Numbered from the stretch's first letter, positions 1-11,200 are shown. The stretch is 64,000 bases of DNA from an uncultured Rhabdochlamydiaceae bacterium (GCA_963712275.1 CAVQHD010000001.1:1-64000), one strand, 5' to 3'. The notes: generated by a model from the sequence alone, not told the origin. Made by a program: numbers and translations.

Positions 1-385
1 GATTCGTGCCGGGAATAGAAACCTCGATGGGAGAGAAAAGGTCAGCGGAGGCTTTCCAAGATTGCAGGGCAGTTTTGTTCCCCTCTAACTGATTGGAAGG
101 GGTTTTCTCAGAGGCTTTGTTAATCTTTCTAAGCCGTTTCTCAAATTTGGGACTGCCGTTAGACAAACAAGTGATTTTGGAAATGCCGTAGCCGACAGGC
201 TTGGATGCGAGAAAGAGCTTCTGGACGAAATCGAATTCGGGATCGGAGCTTATGACTTCGGCCCTCCAGAAACCATTTTCAACGAGTGGGGATTTAAGAC
301 GTCCTTCGAGATCCGGACTGATTTTCCAAGGGGTTCTTGGACAGTGGGGTTTCAGGTGGGGCGGGATAAGAGCTAAAGCAGCCAT
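1..385 (-). CDS. Hypothetical protein, partial (runs off left edge); N-terminus resembles the start of a PARP/ADP-ribosyltransferase catalytic domain
   Basis: Not in ORF track. ATG at 385 (minus) with AAGGAG RBS at 393-398; open frame MAALALIPPHLKPHCPRTPWKISPDLEGRLKSPLVENGFWRAEVISSDPEFDFVQKLFLASKPVGYGISKITCLSNG... to window edge. Confidence 0.7.
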   Translation of the reverse strand, partial: MAALALIPPHLKPHCPRTPWKISPDLEGRLKSPLVENGFWRAEVISSDPEFDFVQKLFLASKPVGYGISKITCLSNGSPKFEKRLRKINKASEKTPSNQLEGNKTALQSWKASADLFSPIEVSIPGTN

Positions 386-453
386 GTGTATACTCCTTAG
401 AAAATCTGATCAAATAAATCTTAGCAAAATTCAAGATTTTTAGCTGAAGATTT

Positions 454-509
454 GTAAATGTTCACTACCTCCCCGTTTGCGAAGCTTAGGAGAGGTGGTG
501 AACATTTAC
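454..509. repeat. Imperfect palindrome (GTAAATGTTCAC...GTGAACATTTAC) just downstream of hemE; short REP/MITE-like element or terminator
   Basis: Inverted repeat read directly; ends resemble the family B element ends (GYAACTATTCAC). Confidence 0.6.
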
Positions 510-516
510 CAAAATT

Positions 517-1461
517 TCACCCTTGTACACGGCGAAGAAGCCACTTGATGTTTTCAACGGGGGTGTCGGGAAGAATGCCGTGACCTAAGTTGAAGAGATA
601 GCCGCGGCTGCCTTCCATTGCTTGGAGCAAATGGTCTGCGTGAAGCTGAAGAGAAGCAAGAGGCCCCTTTAGCAGGTCGGGGTTGAGGTTGCCTTGAACC
701 GCAATGGAAGAGGGGACCTGTTTTCGAATCTCTGCCATCTCCATCTCCCAATCGAATCCAATCCCAGCGGGGTTAAGTGAAACAAGCTCTGGAATATAGC
801 GAGAGGAGCCGCGGCAAAAGAGAATGAGAGGAACTCCTGAAGGGCGCATCCCCTCCACCAGTTGGGTGAGATAGGGAAGTGCAAGAGACCGAAATTCGTC
901 GGGAGGAAGAAGCCCTGCCCACGAATCGAAAATCTGAATCACATCAATTCCCGCCTCCACCTGCATCTTCAGGTACTCAAGGGAAGCTGCTGTGACTTTT
1001 TCAAGCCACGCGGGAGTGAGCCGTTTCATATACCGGCAAACGGTATACGGCCCTCCGCAAAAGCCGATAAGAGGCACTTGCAGAGTGGGTTTCAAAAGAC
1101 GAATGGCGTGGGATACAAACTGCAGCGTTGGATTAACGGGACGTTCTATTTCTTGAGTGGGAGGGGTCAGATTCATTCGCCCTTGTCCATCTGGGCCCGT
1201 GGTAAAATCCATGGTGAATCCAAAAACTTCTGTGATCACTAAGATATCGGAGAAAAGAATCGCCGCATCAAATCCCAAAAGATCAATCGGAAGACGGGTC
1301 ACTTCGGCGGCCAGCTCTGGTGTATGGACAAGCGTGTGAAATGAATGACTTGCCCGAAGAGCTTGGTACTGGGGAAGATACCGCCCTGCTTGCCGCATGA
1401 TCCAGATGGGAGGACGGTCCACCTTTTCACATCGAAGCGCTCTTAGAAAGACATCATTCAT
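517..1461 (-). CDS. hemE: Uroporphyrinogen decarboxylase
   Basis: PPIWIMRQAGRYLP, AILFSDIL, QIFDSW, QGNL, FNLGHGI motifs. Confidence 0.96.
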   Translation of the reverse strand: MNDVFLRALRCEKVDRPPIWIMRQAGRYLPQYQALRASHSFHTLVHTPELAAEVTRLPIDLLGFDAAILFSDILVITEVFGFTMDFTTGPDGQGRMNLTPPTQEIERPVNPTLQFVSHAIRLLKPTLQVPLIGFCGGPYTVCRYMKRLTPAWLEKVTAASLEYLKMQVEAGIDVIQIFDSWAGLLPPDEFRSLALPYLTQLVEGMRPSGVPLILFCRGSSRYIPELVSLNPAGIGFDWEMEMAEIRKQVPSSIAVQGNLNPDLLKGPLASLQLHADHLLQAMEGSRGYLFNLGHGILPDTPVENIKWLLRRVQG

Positions 1462-3449
1462 GTGGCTAGAAGTTTATTCAAAATCGCGTCGACGGTAAAC
1501 CCAAACTCTTCGGCAAGGTCGGCCTGAGGAGCTGATTCTCCAAAGGTCTTCATGCTGATGGCAATCCCTTCAGGCCCAATCCACCGATCCCAACCGAATC
1601 TGACGCCTGCTTCAATGCTAACCCGCTGACCTAAATCTCCTCCAATGACAGATGATTGATAGGATGGCTCTTGAGCTTCAAATAGCTCCCAGCATGGCAT
1701 GGAGATAACCCGAACCCCTTTCCCCTGTTTTTCTAAGGCAGAGGCGACATCAAGTGCAAGGGAAAGCTCAGAGCCCGTTGCAAACAGAGTAAAGTCAGGG
1801 CCTTTCTTCTCCTGTTTCACAATATAGGCTCCTCTGCCAACACCTTCGGCATAGGGACGGTGCGTGTTGCCCAAATCAGGCAAGGCTTGGCGCGATAGCA
1901 ATAACGCCGTGGGTCCCTGGTATCGAAGGGCTGCGATCCACGCCATTTTCACTTCCCAATTATCTGCAGGACGAATCACTTGCAGACGAGGAATCGATCG
2001 GAGCGCTGCAATGTGTTCGATCGGTTGATGGGTGGGGCCATCTTCTCCTAAGAAGATCGAATCGTGGGTGAATTGATAAATCACCTGCACTTTAGAGAGC
2101 GCAGCTAAGCGAATGGCATTCCGCATATAGTCTGAGAAGGTCAAAAATGTCCCAACAAACGGGATGATCATCTGTGTTTGTGCAAGGCCTGTTGCTGCAG
2201 CGGCCATGGCAAACTCTCGAACTCCATATTTGATATTCCGTCCAGTCCACTCTCCCTGACTGACAATGGGAAATTTCTTCATCAGAGTGAGGTCTGAACA
2301 CGAGAGGTCCGCCGATCCTCCATAGAGCCCAGGAAGCTCATTTCCTAATACATCTAACACAATTTGGGATGCATTTCGTCCTGCTAGGGGAGATTTCATC
2401 TCAATCTGCGCTAGTTTTTGCTCAAGGTCTTTAGGGATCTCATGATGAACCATTTTTTCAAAATTGCGCGCGAGATCAGGGTGGGCGGTTTTCCATTGTT
2501 GAAAGAGGCGGTTCCACTCGGCTTCAAGCTCTTTCCCTTTTTTAAGCCGCTCAGCGAAAAATTCCGAAACAGCTGGAGGAACGAAAAAATTTTCTTCAGG
2601 AAGTCCGAGCGCCTTTTTAGTCGCTTCTACCTCCTCCAAGCCCAAAGGAGATCCGTGTACTTTATGAGTTCCCGCTTTATTTGGAGACCCCTTTCCGATG
2701 ATCGTGTGAAGAATGACAAGGCAAGGACGTTGCTGATCATTCTGAATTTCAAGAAAGGTCTGCTCTATCTCATTAAAGTTGTAGCCGTTCACCTCATAGA
2801 CATCCCACCCATAGGCCTTATAACGCATTTTGGTGTCTTCAGAACAACATTCTGTGAGCGGACCATCAAGACAAATTTTGTTAGAGTCGTAAACCAAGAC
2901 AAGGTTATTTAATCTCAGATGCCCCGCTAAAGAAGAGGCTTCAGAAGAAATCCCTTCCATGATGCATCCATCGCCTGCTAAGCAATAGACCTTATTGTTA
3001 AAGAGCGTATATTGATCGGTATTAAACCGAGCCCCTAGCAGTTTGAGGCCGAGTGCTTGCCCCACGGCATTACCGACTCCTTGCCCTAAAGGACCTGTCG
3101 TTGCCTCCACCCCTGGTGTAATATGCATTTCCGGATGTCCGGGTGTTAACGAATGGAGCTGCCTAAACCGCTTGATTTCCTCCATTGAAAGAGGAAATCC
3201 CGCCAAATGAAGGCATGAATAGAGAAGCATCGATCCGTGGCCTGCTGACAGAACAAATCGGTCGCGCCCCAGCCACTGAGGGTTTTTAGGATTATGCCTT
3301 AGTAAACACCCATAAAGATAGGCCCCAAATTCAGCGCATCCCATTGGAAGCCCTGGATGGCCAGAATTGGCCTTCTGAACAGCCTCCATAGATAGTTCTC
3401 GTATCGTATTTGCAATTTTACTCAGTTGTTTAACCAGCGGCTGTTCCAT
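1458..3449 (-). CDS. tkt: Transketolase
   Basis: ANSGHPG, RDRFVLSAGHGS, TGPLGQG, GDGC..EG, GEDGPTHQP motifs. Confidence 0.98.
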   Translation of the reverse strand: MEQPLVKQLSKIANTIRELSMEAVQKANSGHPGLPMGCAEFGAYLYGCLLRHNPKNPQWLGRDRFVLSAGHGSMLLYSCLHLAGFPLSMEEIKRFRQLHSLTPGHPEMHITPGVEATTGPLGQGVGNAVGQALGLKLLGARFNTDQYTLFNNKVYCLAGDGCIMEGISSEASSLAGHLRLNNLVLVYDSNKICLDGPLTECCSEDTKMRYKAYGWDVYEVNGYNFNEIEQTFLEIQNDQQRPCLVILHTIIGKGSPNKAGTHKVHGSPLGLEEVEATKKALGLPEENFFVPPAVSEFFAERLKKGKELEAEWNRLFQQWKTAHPDLARNFEKMVHHEIPKDLEQKLAQIEMKSPLAGRNASQIVLDVLGNELPGLYGGSADLSCSDLTLMKKFPIVSQGEWTGRNIKYGVREFAMAAAATGLAQTQMIIPFVGTFLTFSDYMRNAIRLAALSKVQVIYQFTHDSIFLGEDGPTHQPIEHIAALRSIPRLQVIRPADNWEVKMAWIAALRYQGPTALLLSRQALPDLGNTHRPYAEGVGRGAYIVKQEKKGPDFTLFATGSELSLALDVASALEKQGKGVRVISMPCWELFEAQEPSYQSSVIGGDLGQRVSIEAGVRFGWDRWIGPEGIAISMKTFGESAPQADLAEEFGFTVDAILNKLLAT

Positions 3450-3539
3450 ATTCGCGAACCCCTAATTTTAGGGGGTAGTATAACTTGAGAGGCGATTTTA
3501 TACTCAAACAACTTGAGTTGTTTGGAACCTTATTACACA

Positions 3540-3622
3540 AATCGGAGGTATAAACACCGAGCACACCGAGAAAAAATTTTGCTAATTTTTTCTCGGTGTG
3601 CTCGGTGTTTATACCTCCGATT
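3540..3622. repeat. Perfect 39-bp-arm palindrome with 5-nt loop in the divergent tkt / hypothetical intergenic region
   Basis: AATCGGAGGTATAAACACCGAGCACACCGAGAAAAAATT followed by its exact reverse complement. Confidence 0.9.
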
Positions 3623-3705
3623 AGGGCATTTTAAAGAAAATATTTTATCTGCAAATAATTCTCCTGGGAGGTACACTGTTTTTACTTTTTTAAAGAGGGC
3701 TTTTT

Positions 3706-5685
3706 ATGACTGGTCTTGTTCGTGCCGCTGCTTCTTATGTTACGACGCTGATCCCAGAATGGACTGATCGGCAAATCCTTTGCTCAAGCTTGCTGCTATG
3801 GATTGCTCGGATAAATTCTAAGGGACGAGAAGAATGCACCTTGGTGAAAAGTCTTAGCTTCAGATGTGAAGATTCTGCTCCCTATATCCAGTGGCTGAAG
3901 CAAACCTACACTCCAGAGGTCGTTCAAGAAGCAATCGAACATCCAGAAATAACCCTTCTTAGGGGTCATCTCAAGGATTTAATCTCTAGAGTTTTTACAG
4001 TTGCAGCTTATTTTTTCACCCTTGATCTCTCACTCTACGCCTCTTTGACTCATCTGATGTCTCAATCAGAAAAAATTGCTGGGGTTTCTCTGCCTCTTCT
4101 GAAACGGCTCGATTCTATTCCTGCGATCCCTCGCTTACTCGGAGCTCGGGTCATGCTCTTAAGCCCTCTGATTCTGATCGTCGCACATGCAATCTTCATT
4201 GGTCTTAGCTACTTAACAAACGGTGAAAATGACCAAATCGAATGGCTCAAGGATAAGACAGGACTTTTAAATCGATGGAGTGAGGCGCTGCTCAATCTTC
4301 GCTTTGCGGTGCTTTGTTTGAATCTATCCAAAACCATCCCCCAATCTCTTGGATTTACAATTTGTTCCGTGGCCATAAACAAACTCTTGCCTGCCAAATA
4401 TCAACAGATAGAATCTATTCTAAAACCCTTCCTTCCAGGGTTATTTAAAGCAGATTACTTCCCTACCGCAGGTTTTGGCATGGCTCTGGACGCCCTTCAT
4501 TCAAACATGAAGAGTTTTTTAACTCCTTTTTATTTGTTGAGAGATTTGTATGAAAGGCAAAGCGCTCTGGTACCTTTACCTTCAAAAAACCTAGCGGATG
4601 CTAAACAACGCATTGAAGGCGCGCTTAAGTTTATATCAGACGACCTGGAATACAACTCTATTACCCAACTTCAAGCCAATGGACTTAAAAAGGACTTGGC
4701 TCAGAAAGGGGATGCCATTTTAAAAGACTTTATCTCTCGCTCTTCAGAAGAAGATTTAACAGCTCAAGGAAAAGTTGGCTTACCATTGCATCAAATCTAC
4801 GGTCCTGAAGGGTTCATGGCGCAACTTTACATCCCTGAAGAGTTCATGGAACAGCTTCATCCTCCTAAAGGTGGTGATTGGAATTGTTTCTGTACATGTC
4901 TGCAGCTGGTAAAAAAGGCTGACAATGCAGTCTCTAGTAATAACATTCTTGCCGCCTGCCAAACCCTTCAAGAAGCCGCTAGATCCATTCTGAGCGGCTT
5001 AAGTACGGAGAATCTTACAAAGCAGCAAGCAGCCTTTTTCAAATATGTTCTCAATAAAATAATGACTGAGTTTTATGATAAGGTCATTAGTCCTAAGCTT
5101 ATTAATCATCCGGGCTTCTTAGCTGAGCAAGGTATTGAAACAGCTCTCAGATCGATCTATGGAAAGGAGGGCTTTCTCGGTAAGCTGGCTTCTTCCGAAG
5201 AAAATCATTATTTTAATCAACTTTCATGGACCATTTTTGCCTTTAAATTGAGTCTGTTTAAGGATAAGCCTCCGAATGACAATGAAAAAGCTGAAAATAC
5301 CCTTAACATACAAGCGCTCAGCGACGGCGTTTATGAAATCTTAGAAGAAATGTACAAAGATCCAGCCTGTAAATCTTTTGTACAATCAAAACTTAAAGAA
5401 CTGCCTGAAAAAGAGCGCTCAGAAACAGAGCTACATCAAGAAATAAAATCGGCAATCCAAGCTTATATTGCACAGTCTCCAGATTTCACCTCCTTACGGG
5501 AAGCTCTCCTCTTCTTTAACAAAGACTTTAAGTTTAAAACCCATTCTTTTGGAGCGCATCTCAAAAAACTGCAGCAAGATATCGGCATCCCAAAAGATGG
5601 GCAGATATTGGATGAAAACATCCCTCCTGAAGGACTTAGGGATACAATTCGACTTTTTATCAAATCAATGCCGAATTCAAGCTGA
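3706..5685 (+). CDS. Hypothetical protein with hydrophobic N-terminal half (putative secreted/inclusion protein); paralog of 34500-36122
   Basis: 659-aa ORF, GAGG RBS upstream; no recognisable enzyme motif. Confidence 0.8.
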   Translation: MTGLVRAAASYVTTLIPEWTDRQILCSSLLLWIARINSKGREECTLVKSLSFRCEDSAPYIQWLKQTYTPEVVQEAIEHPEITLLRGHLKDLISRVFTVAAYFFTLDLSLYASLTHLMSQSEKIAGVSLPLLKRLDSIPAIPRLLGARVMLLSPLILIVAHAIFIGLSYLTNGENDQIEWLKDKTGLLNRWSEALLNLRFAVLCLNLSKTIPQSLGFTICSVAINKLLPAKYQQIESILKPFLPGLFKADYFPTAGFGMALDALHSNMKSFLTPFYLLRDLYERQSALVPLPSKNLADAKQRIEGALKFISDDLEYNSITQLQANGLKKDLAQKGDAILKDFISRSSEEDLTAQGKVGLPLHQIYGPEGFMAQLYIPEEFMEQLHPPKGGDWNCFCTCLQLVKKADNAVSSNNILAACQTLQEAARSILSGLSTENLTKQQAAFFKYVLNKIMTEFYDKVISPKLINHPGFLAEQGIETALRSIYGKEGFLGKLASSEENHYFNQLSWTIFAFKLSLFKDKPPNDNEKAENTLNIQALSDGVYEILEEMYKDPACKSFVQSKLKELPEKERSETELHQEIKSAIQAYIAQSPDFTSLREALLFFNKDFKFKTHSFGAHLKKLQQDIGIPKDGQILDENIPPEGLRDTIRLFIKSMPNSS

Positions 5686-5694
5686 AGGACTCAT

Positions 5695-8271
5695 ATGCTA
5701 TCACAGCAAATCCGCCTTGATTTTTTAAACTACTTTAAGCAGAAAAACCACGCCGTTATTCCATCCTCATCGGTCATTCCGCAGGACGATCCGACACTTC
5801 TTTTTACCAATGCCGGAATGAATCAATTTAAAGATGTCTTTTTAGGAAAGAGCCGCCGCGATTACACGCGGGCGGCAACGTCTCAAAAGTGCATCCGTGT
5901 CGGCGGTAAACACAACGATCTCGATAATGTGGGTCATACAAGCCGCCATCTCACCTTTTTTGAAATGCTCGGGAATTTTTCCTTTGGAGATTATTTTAAA
6001 TCGGAAGCGATCCGGTTTGCCTGGGATCTTTCGACTCACGTGTTCCAATTTGAGCCCGAAAAAATTTGGATCACGGTTTTCCGAGACGATGACGAAGCCT
6101 TTGAGCTTTGGAAACAGCTCGTGCCTGAAAGCCGAATTGTCCGGATGGATGAAAAAGACAACTTCTGGTCGATGGGAGAAACAGGTCCCTGCGGCCCTTG
6201 CTCAGAGCTTTACTTTGATCGAGGCCCTGAGTATGGCGATGCAGCGTCGATTTTACACGACACAGCTGGAGAGCGGTATTTGGAGTTTTGGAACCTCGTC
6301 TTTATGCAGTTTAATCGAGATGCTTCTGGCAAGATGTCTCCTTTACCAAAACAGTCGATTGATACAGGAAGCGGCCTTGAGCGGGTTGTCTCCCTCAAAA
6401 TGGGCGTTGACAACCTGTTTTTAACCGATATTCTCCGGAGCTTGATCGCTCAAATTGAACACCTTGCAAAACGGCCCTATGTCGCAACCGATACACTCCA
6501 CGCCCCTGCTTTTCATGTCATTGCCGATCATATCCGGTCGCTCGCCTTTGCGATTGCCGATGGGGCCCAGCCGAGCAACATTGAGCGAGGGTATGTGTTA
6601 AGAAAGCTCCTTCGCCGCTCTGTTCGGTATGGCCGCCTCTTAGGCATGCAGGAGCCGTTCCTCGCGCGCGTCTTTCCTCGGCTCCTTGAACTGATGGGGG
6701 ACGACTACCCTGAGCTCAAAAGCGCTGAAAAACGAATCGAAGAGATTCTCACCCTTGAAGAAGAGGCTTTCTTGCGCACTTTAAAAAGAGGAGGAAACAT
6801 CTTGTCATCGGTGATTGCAACCGCTGAGCACCGCGCCACCAAAGAAATCACCGGCGAAGAGGCGTTTAAACTGAAAGATACGTACGGCCTTCCCTTAGAA
6901 GAAATCCTCTTGATTGCAAAAGACTCCCACCTAACGGTCAATTTAGAGTCGTATCAACTGCTGGAGGAGCAGGCGCGGGATAAATCAAAAGCGGCCCATG
7001 TCAAAGAGTCGCAAGCGGTGGAAGAGAATCTTTATAAACAGTTTGCAGGAGCAACGTTTGTTGGATATACCGATCTGAGCTGCACAGCAAAGGTTGAGGC
7101 GATTTTAGCGGATGGCAAACCGGCTGCTGAAATCCACGCAGGAGAGCGCGGAATGATTCTCTTGGATCGAACCCCTTTTTATGCAGAAAAAGGAGGGCAG
7201 GTCGGCGATCAAGGGACGCTTTCCACAGAGAAGGCTCAGCTCTCTGTCCTCGACTGCCAATCTCCTTACCCTGGAGTCATCGCTCATTTAGTCCATTGCG
7301 ACAGAGGATCGCTCCGAGTTGGTGAAACCGTCTCCGCCCAAATCGAAACTGTCAGACGAAGAGAGATTCAAAATAACCACACAGCCACCCACCTTCTACA
7401 CTGGGCTCTTGTTCAAGTGCTTGGGGAACATATTCGGCAAGCTGGATCGCTTGTCGAAGCAGAGAGATTCCGGTTTGACTTCAACCACCACAAACCTCTT
7501 TCTAAAGAAGAACTTTTAGCCGTTGAAGATCTCGTGAACGAAAAAATCCGAGAAAATAGACCCGTCGCCTCGTACGAGCTCTCCTACGACGACGCTCAAA
7601 GGCGCTCCGATATTAAGCAGTATTTTGACACCTATGGAGCAAAGGTGCGCGTGATCGACATTGACTTCTCTAAGGAACTCTGCGGAGGAACCCATACTTC
7701 ATCGACAGGAACGATTGGGTATTTCCGCATTGTAAAAGAAGGGAGCATTGCGGCAGGAGTTCGTCGTATTGAAGGGGTCACGGGAGCGGCAGCGGACCGT
7801 TTCGTTCGAGCTCAGCTAAAAGAATTAGAAACAAATCTCTCGACCCAAGCAGCCGATATGAAAACCTTGCAGCAGCAGCTCAAAGTCGCCCGTAAAGTGG
7901 TTTTAAGAGAACTCGCCTCTTCCCTTGTAAAAACGGCTGTTCCTGAAGGGTCGACCCATTTTTTGAGCTATGTCGCTTCCGTCGATTCGGATGAGCTTGC
8001 CCCTCTTTCCGAAGAGATTGCTCTCCAACTTCCCTCTGGCGTCATCTTACTTGCGCTTAAAATGGAAGGGAGATGCCAGGTGATTTTAAGACTTACACCC
8101 GATCTTGTGAAAAAGGGATGGAATGCGGCTCAAATCCTCAAAGAGGCCGCCCCTCTTATTGGCGGGGCAGGAGGCGGACGTCCTGAGATGGCCCAGGCAG
8201 GCGGGAAATCCCCCCACCATCTCGAGCAATTTTTTGTGAAAATTCATCAGACGATCCGTGGACTTCGGTAG
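5695..8271 (+). CDS. alaS: Alanine--tRNA ligase
   Basis: DPTLLFTNAGMNQFK, FFEMLGNFSFGDYFK, HTATH, ELCGGTH, GGG..AQAGG motifs. Confidence 0.99.
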   Translation: MLSQQIRLDFLNYFKQKNHAVIPSSSVIPQDDPTLLFTNAGMNQFKDVFLGKSRRDYTRAATSQKCIRVGGKHNDLDNVGHTSRHLTFFEMLGNFSFGDYFKSEAIRFAWDLSTHVFQFEPEKIWITVFRDDDEAFELWKQLVPESRIVRMDEKDNFWSMGETGPCGPCSELYFDRGPEYGDAASILHDTAGERYLEFWNLVFMQFNRDASGKMSPLPKQSIDTGSGLERVVSLKMGVDNLFLTDILRSLIAQIEHLAKRPYVATDTLHAPAFHVIADHIRSLAFAIADGAQPSNIERGYVLRKLLRRSVRYGRLLGMQEPFLARVFPRLLELMGDDYPELKSAEKRIEEILTLEEEAFLRTLKRGGNILSSVIATAEHRATKEITGEEAFKLKDTYGLPLEEILLIAKDSHLTVNLESYQLLEEQARDKSKAAHVKESQAVEENLYKQFAGATFVGYTDLSCTAKVEAILADGKPAAEIHAGERGMILLDRTPFYAEKGGQVGDQGTLSTEKAQLSVLDCQSPYPGVIAHLVHCDRGSLRVGETVSAQIETVRRREIQNNHTATHLLHWALVQVLGEHIRQAGSLVEAERFRFDFNHHKPLSKEELLAVEDLVNEKIRENRPVASYELSYDDAQRRSDIKQYFDTYGAKVRVIDIDFSKELCGGTHTSSTGTIGYFRIVKEGSIAAGVRRIEGVTGAAADRFVRAQLKELETNLSTQAADMKTLQQQLKVARKVVLRELASSLVKTAVPEGSTHFLSYVASVDSDELAPLSEEIALQLPSGVILLALKMEGRCQVILRLTPDLVKKGWNAAQILKEAAPLIGGAGGGRPEMAQAGGKSPHHLEQFFVKIHQTIRGLR

Positions 8272-11200
8272 CCCCTCTCTAGATCACTTCCGCGACCATC
8301 TTATAGAGATTCCATCGATGCTGATCGAAGGGCTTTGGGATGCCCCTAAGGCTGCTTTGCTCCGGCTCTTTCAGCAGAGGTCGAAGAAAAATATTCTGGT
8401 TTTGATCAGTGAGAGCCATCAGAGCAAGCTGCTCGATGACGGACCCTTTTTTGAGCTGATAAACCTCTTTGAGTTCCCTTCCTGGGAAACACTGCCAGGC
8501 GAAGAGATTCCTCCGAGCTGTGATATCGTCGGCAAGCGCCTTGAAATCTTGCACCATCTGTTAACAACCCCTTCTCCTTCGATCATCGTCTGCCCTCTGC
8601 AAGCCGCCCTGCAAAAAGTGCCCTCCCCCTCCTTCTTTAAGCCGCTGTGCCGTGTCTGGAAGGTAGGCGACGAAGTTCCCTTTAACTCCCTACCAACCAC
8701 CCTCTCCAGCCTTGGATACCGCCGCTGCCCCGTTGTCGTAGATAAAGGAGAATTTGCGGTTCGTGGAGGGATTATCGATCTCTTTCCTGTCAGCGCGCCT
8801 GAGCCTTACCGCATCGAATTTTTCGGAGATACGATTGATAATATTCGATCGTTTGATCCCATCGGCCAAAAATCGATCATCAAAGTCTCCCGTTTTTTTC
8901 TCTCCCCCGCTCAAGAAACAGTTTCTCAAGAAGACTCGACCCTGCTCTCCTACCTAGGATCCGAAACCCTTATCGTCTTCGACAAACTCCTTGAGCTCGA
9001 AGACCGATGGGTTGCCCTTCAAAAGCTTCCAACCCGCTCCATGGTCACTTTTCCCGCCCTTCTTGATCAGCTCAAATCATTTCAAACCCTTTTCTTAAGT
9101 GACCGCCCGATTGAAGAGCTCTCCGAAGTCCATCTCGGTAAAAAAACCGGCCGCGCCTTTTATTCAGGAAAAGATCCGCTTCAACCTCTCACCTTTGAAT
9201 GTTTTGGGCGGCCCTTCCAAACAGCTCGGTGGAATTCACCCTTTCTTCCGATTTCAACCATCGATCTTCACCGAAAAGATCTGGAAGTTCGATGTCTCTA
9301 TGAACACCAGCCAGAGCAGCAGATATTTCAAAAACAAATCCCCAGCCCCCATTTTTTTAAAGGGTATCTCTCTAGTGGATTTGGACTTGCTGACTCCACC
9401 ACTGTCCTTCTCCCAATAACAGAGCTCACCCATAAACAAAAGATCAGGCGAGAGCGATGGAGAAATACCTACCATACACCTCCCTCCGATTTTCACGAAC
9501 TGGCTCCTGGAGATCTGATTGTCCATTTTCACCATGGAATTGGAAAATATCTCGGCCCTGAAAAAAAACCGAACCACCAGGGCATCGAAACCGAATTTCT
9601 CTCTCTTGAATACGCAAGTGGAAGTAAACTCTACGTCCCCGCTTCCCAATCCCATCTTGTGAGCCGGTATATCGGCTCAAAAGAAGAGGTCCCCTCCTTG
9701 CACACGCTGGGGACCAAACAGTGGCTCCGCGCTAAAACACGCGTTCAAAAAGCAATTGTCGGCTACGCCCAAGAGCTCCTCAAAATGCAAGCAGAGCGGC
9801 AAGTGCGAGGAGGATTTCTCTTTCCGCCTGACAGCCTCACTTTGCTTCAATTTGAAGAGGAGTTTCCCTACCCTGAGACCGAAGATCAACTCCGCGCCAT
9901 TTCCGAAATCAAGCAAGACATGTGCTCGGCTAAAGCGATGGACCGTCTTCTGTGCGGCGATGTCGGCTATGGGAAAACCGAGGTGGCGATACGGGCTGCT
10001 TTTAAAGCGGTGTATGATGGAAAAAAACAGGTTGCTGTTTTAGTTCCTACCACAGTCTTGACCCTGCAACATTTCGAGACCTTTTGCGAGCGGATGCGTA
10101 ACCATCCGATCGTCGTCAAGGCAATCTCCCGTTTTCACTCTGCAAAAGAGGTTCGAGAAACAGTTCAAGGCATCAAAGAAGGCACTGTTGACATCCTCAT
10201 CGGCACCCACAGGCTCCTCTCCAAAGATGTCATCTTCAAAGACCTAGGCCTCATTATCATCGATGAAGAGCAGCGATTTGGCGTGCGGGCAAAAGAGCAC
10301 CTCAAAGCGCTGAAAGTCGGGGTCGACTGCCTCACCTTAACGGCAACTCCCATCCCTCGCACCCTCTACCTCTCTCTTTTAGGCGCGCGTGACATCTCTG
10401 TCGTCAATACTCCTCCCCAAGATCGACTTCCCATTAAAACCATCCTCACAGAGCGAGACCCCACCGTCATTACAAATGGCCTTTTAAGAGAGCTCTCCCG
10501 TGATGGTCAAGCCTATTTCATCCACAATCGCGTTGAGTCGATCGACCTTATCTCAAGCGAGCTTGGAAAGCTCCTCCCTCAAGCTAAGATTGTCACAGGG
10601 CATGGACAAATGCCCGGAGATGAGCTCGATACTGTTTTCTACGCCTTCAAGAAAGGAGAAGCCGACATTCTCGTTGCCACAACCATTGTGGAAAATGGAA
10701 TCGACATCCCAAATGCCAACACCATTTTCATTGACCGCGCCGACCAGTTTGGCCTCTCCGACCTCTACCAGCTGCGGGGGCGCGTGGGCCGGTGGAATCG
10801 CCCTGCCTACGCCTACCTCTTAGTTCCCCGTCTCAAAGAGCTTCCTGAAATCGCCCGCAAACGGCTCTACGCCCTTCTCGAAGCTCAAGGATATGGAGCG
10901 GGAATGAAAACAGCCAAGCGCGACTTAGAAATTCGAGGGGCGGGCGATCCCTTGGGAGAAGAGCAGTCAGGAGAACTATCGATCATTGGATTTCATCTCT
11001 ATTGCAAACTTGTCAGCCGTGCCATTGACGCCCTTAAGAAACAGCAAGACCCCTCTTTCCTCGAGACGAAAATGGAATTTCCCTACGACGCCAGACTCCC
11101 CGAAGACTACATCCCTGAAATCTCTCTTCGACTCGAGATGTACCACCGCCTTGGAGATGCAACAACCCCTGAAGAAGTCGATGCCCTCTTCAATGAACTC

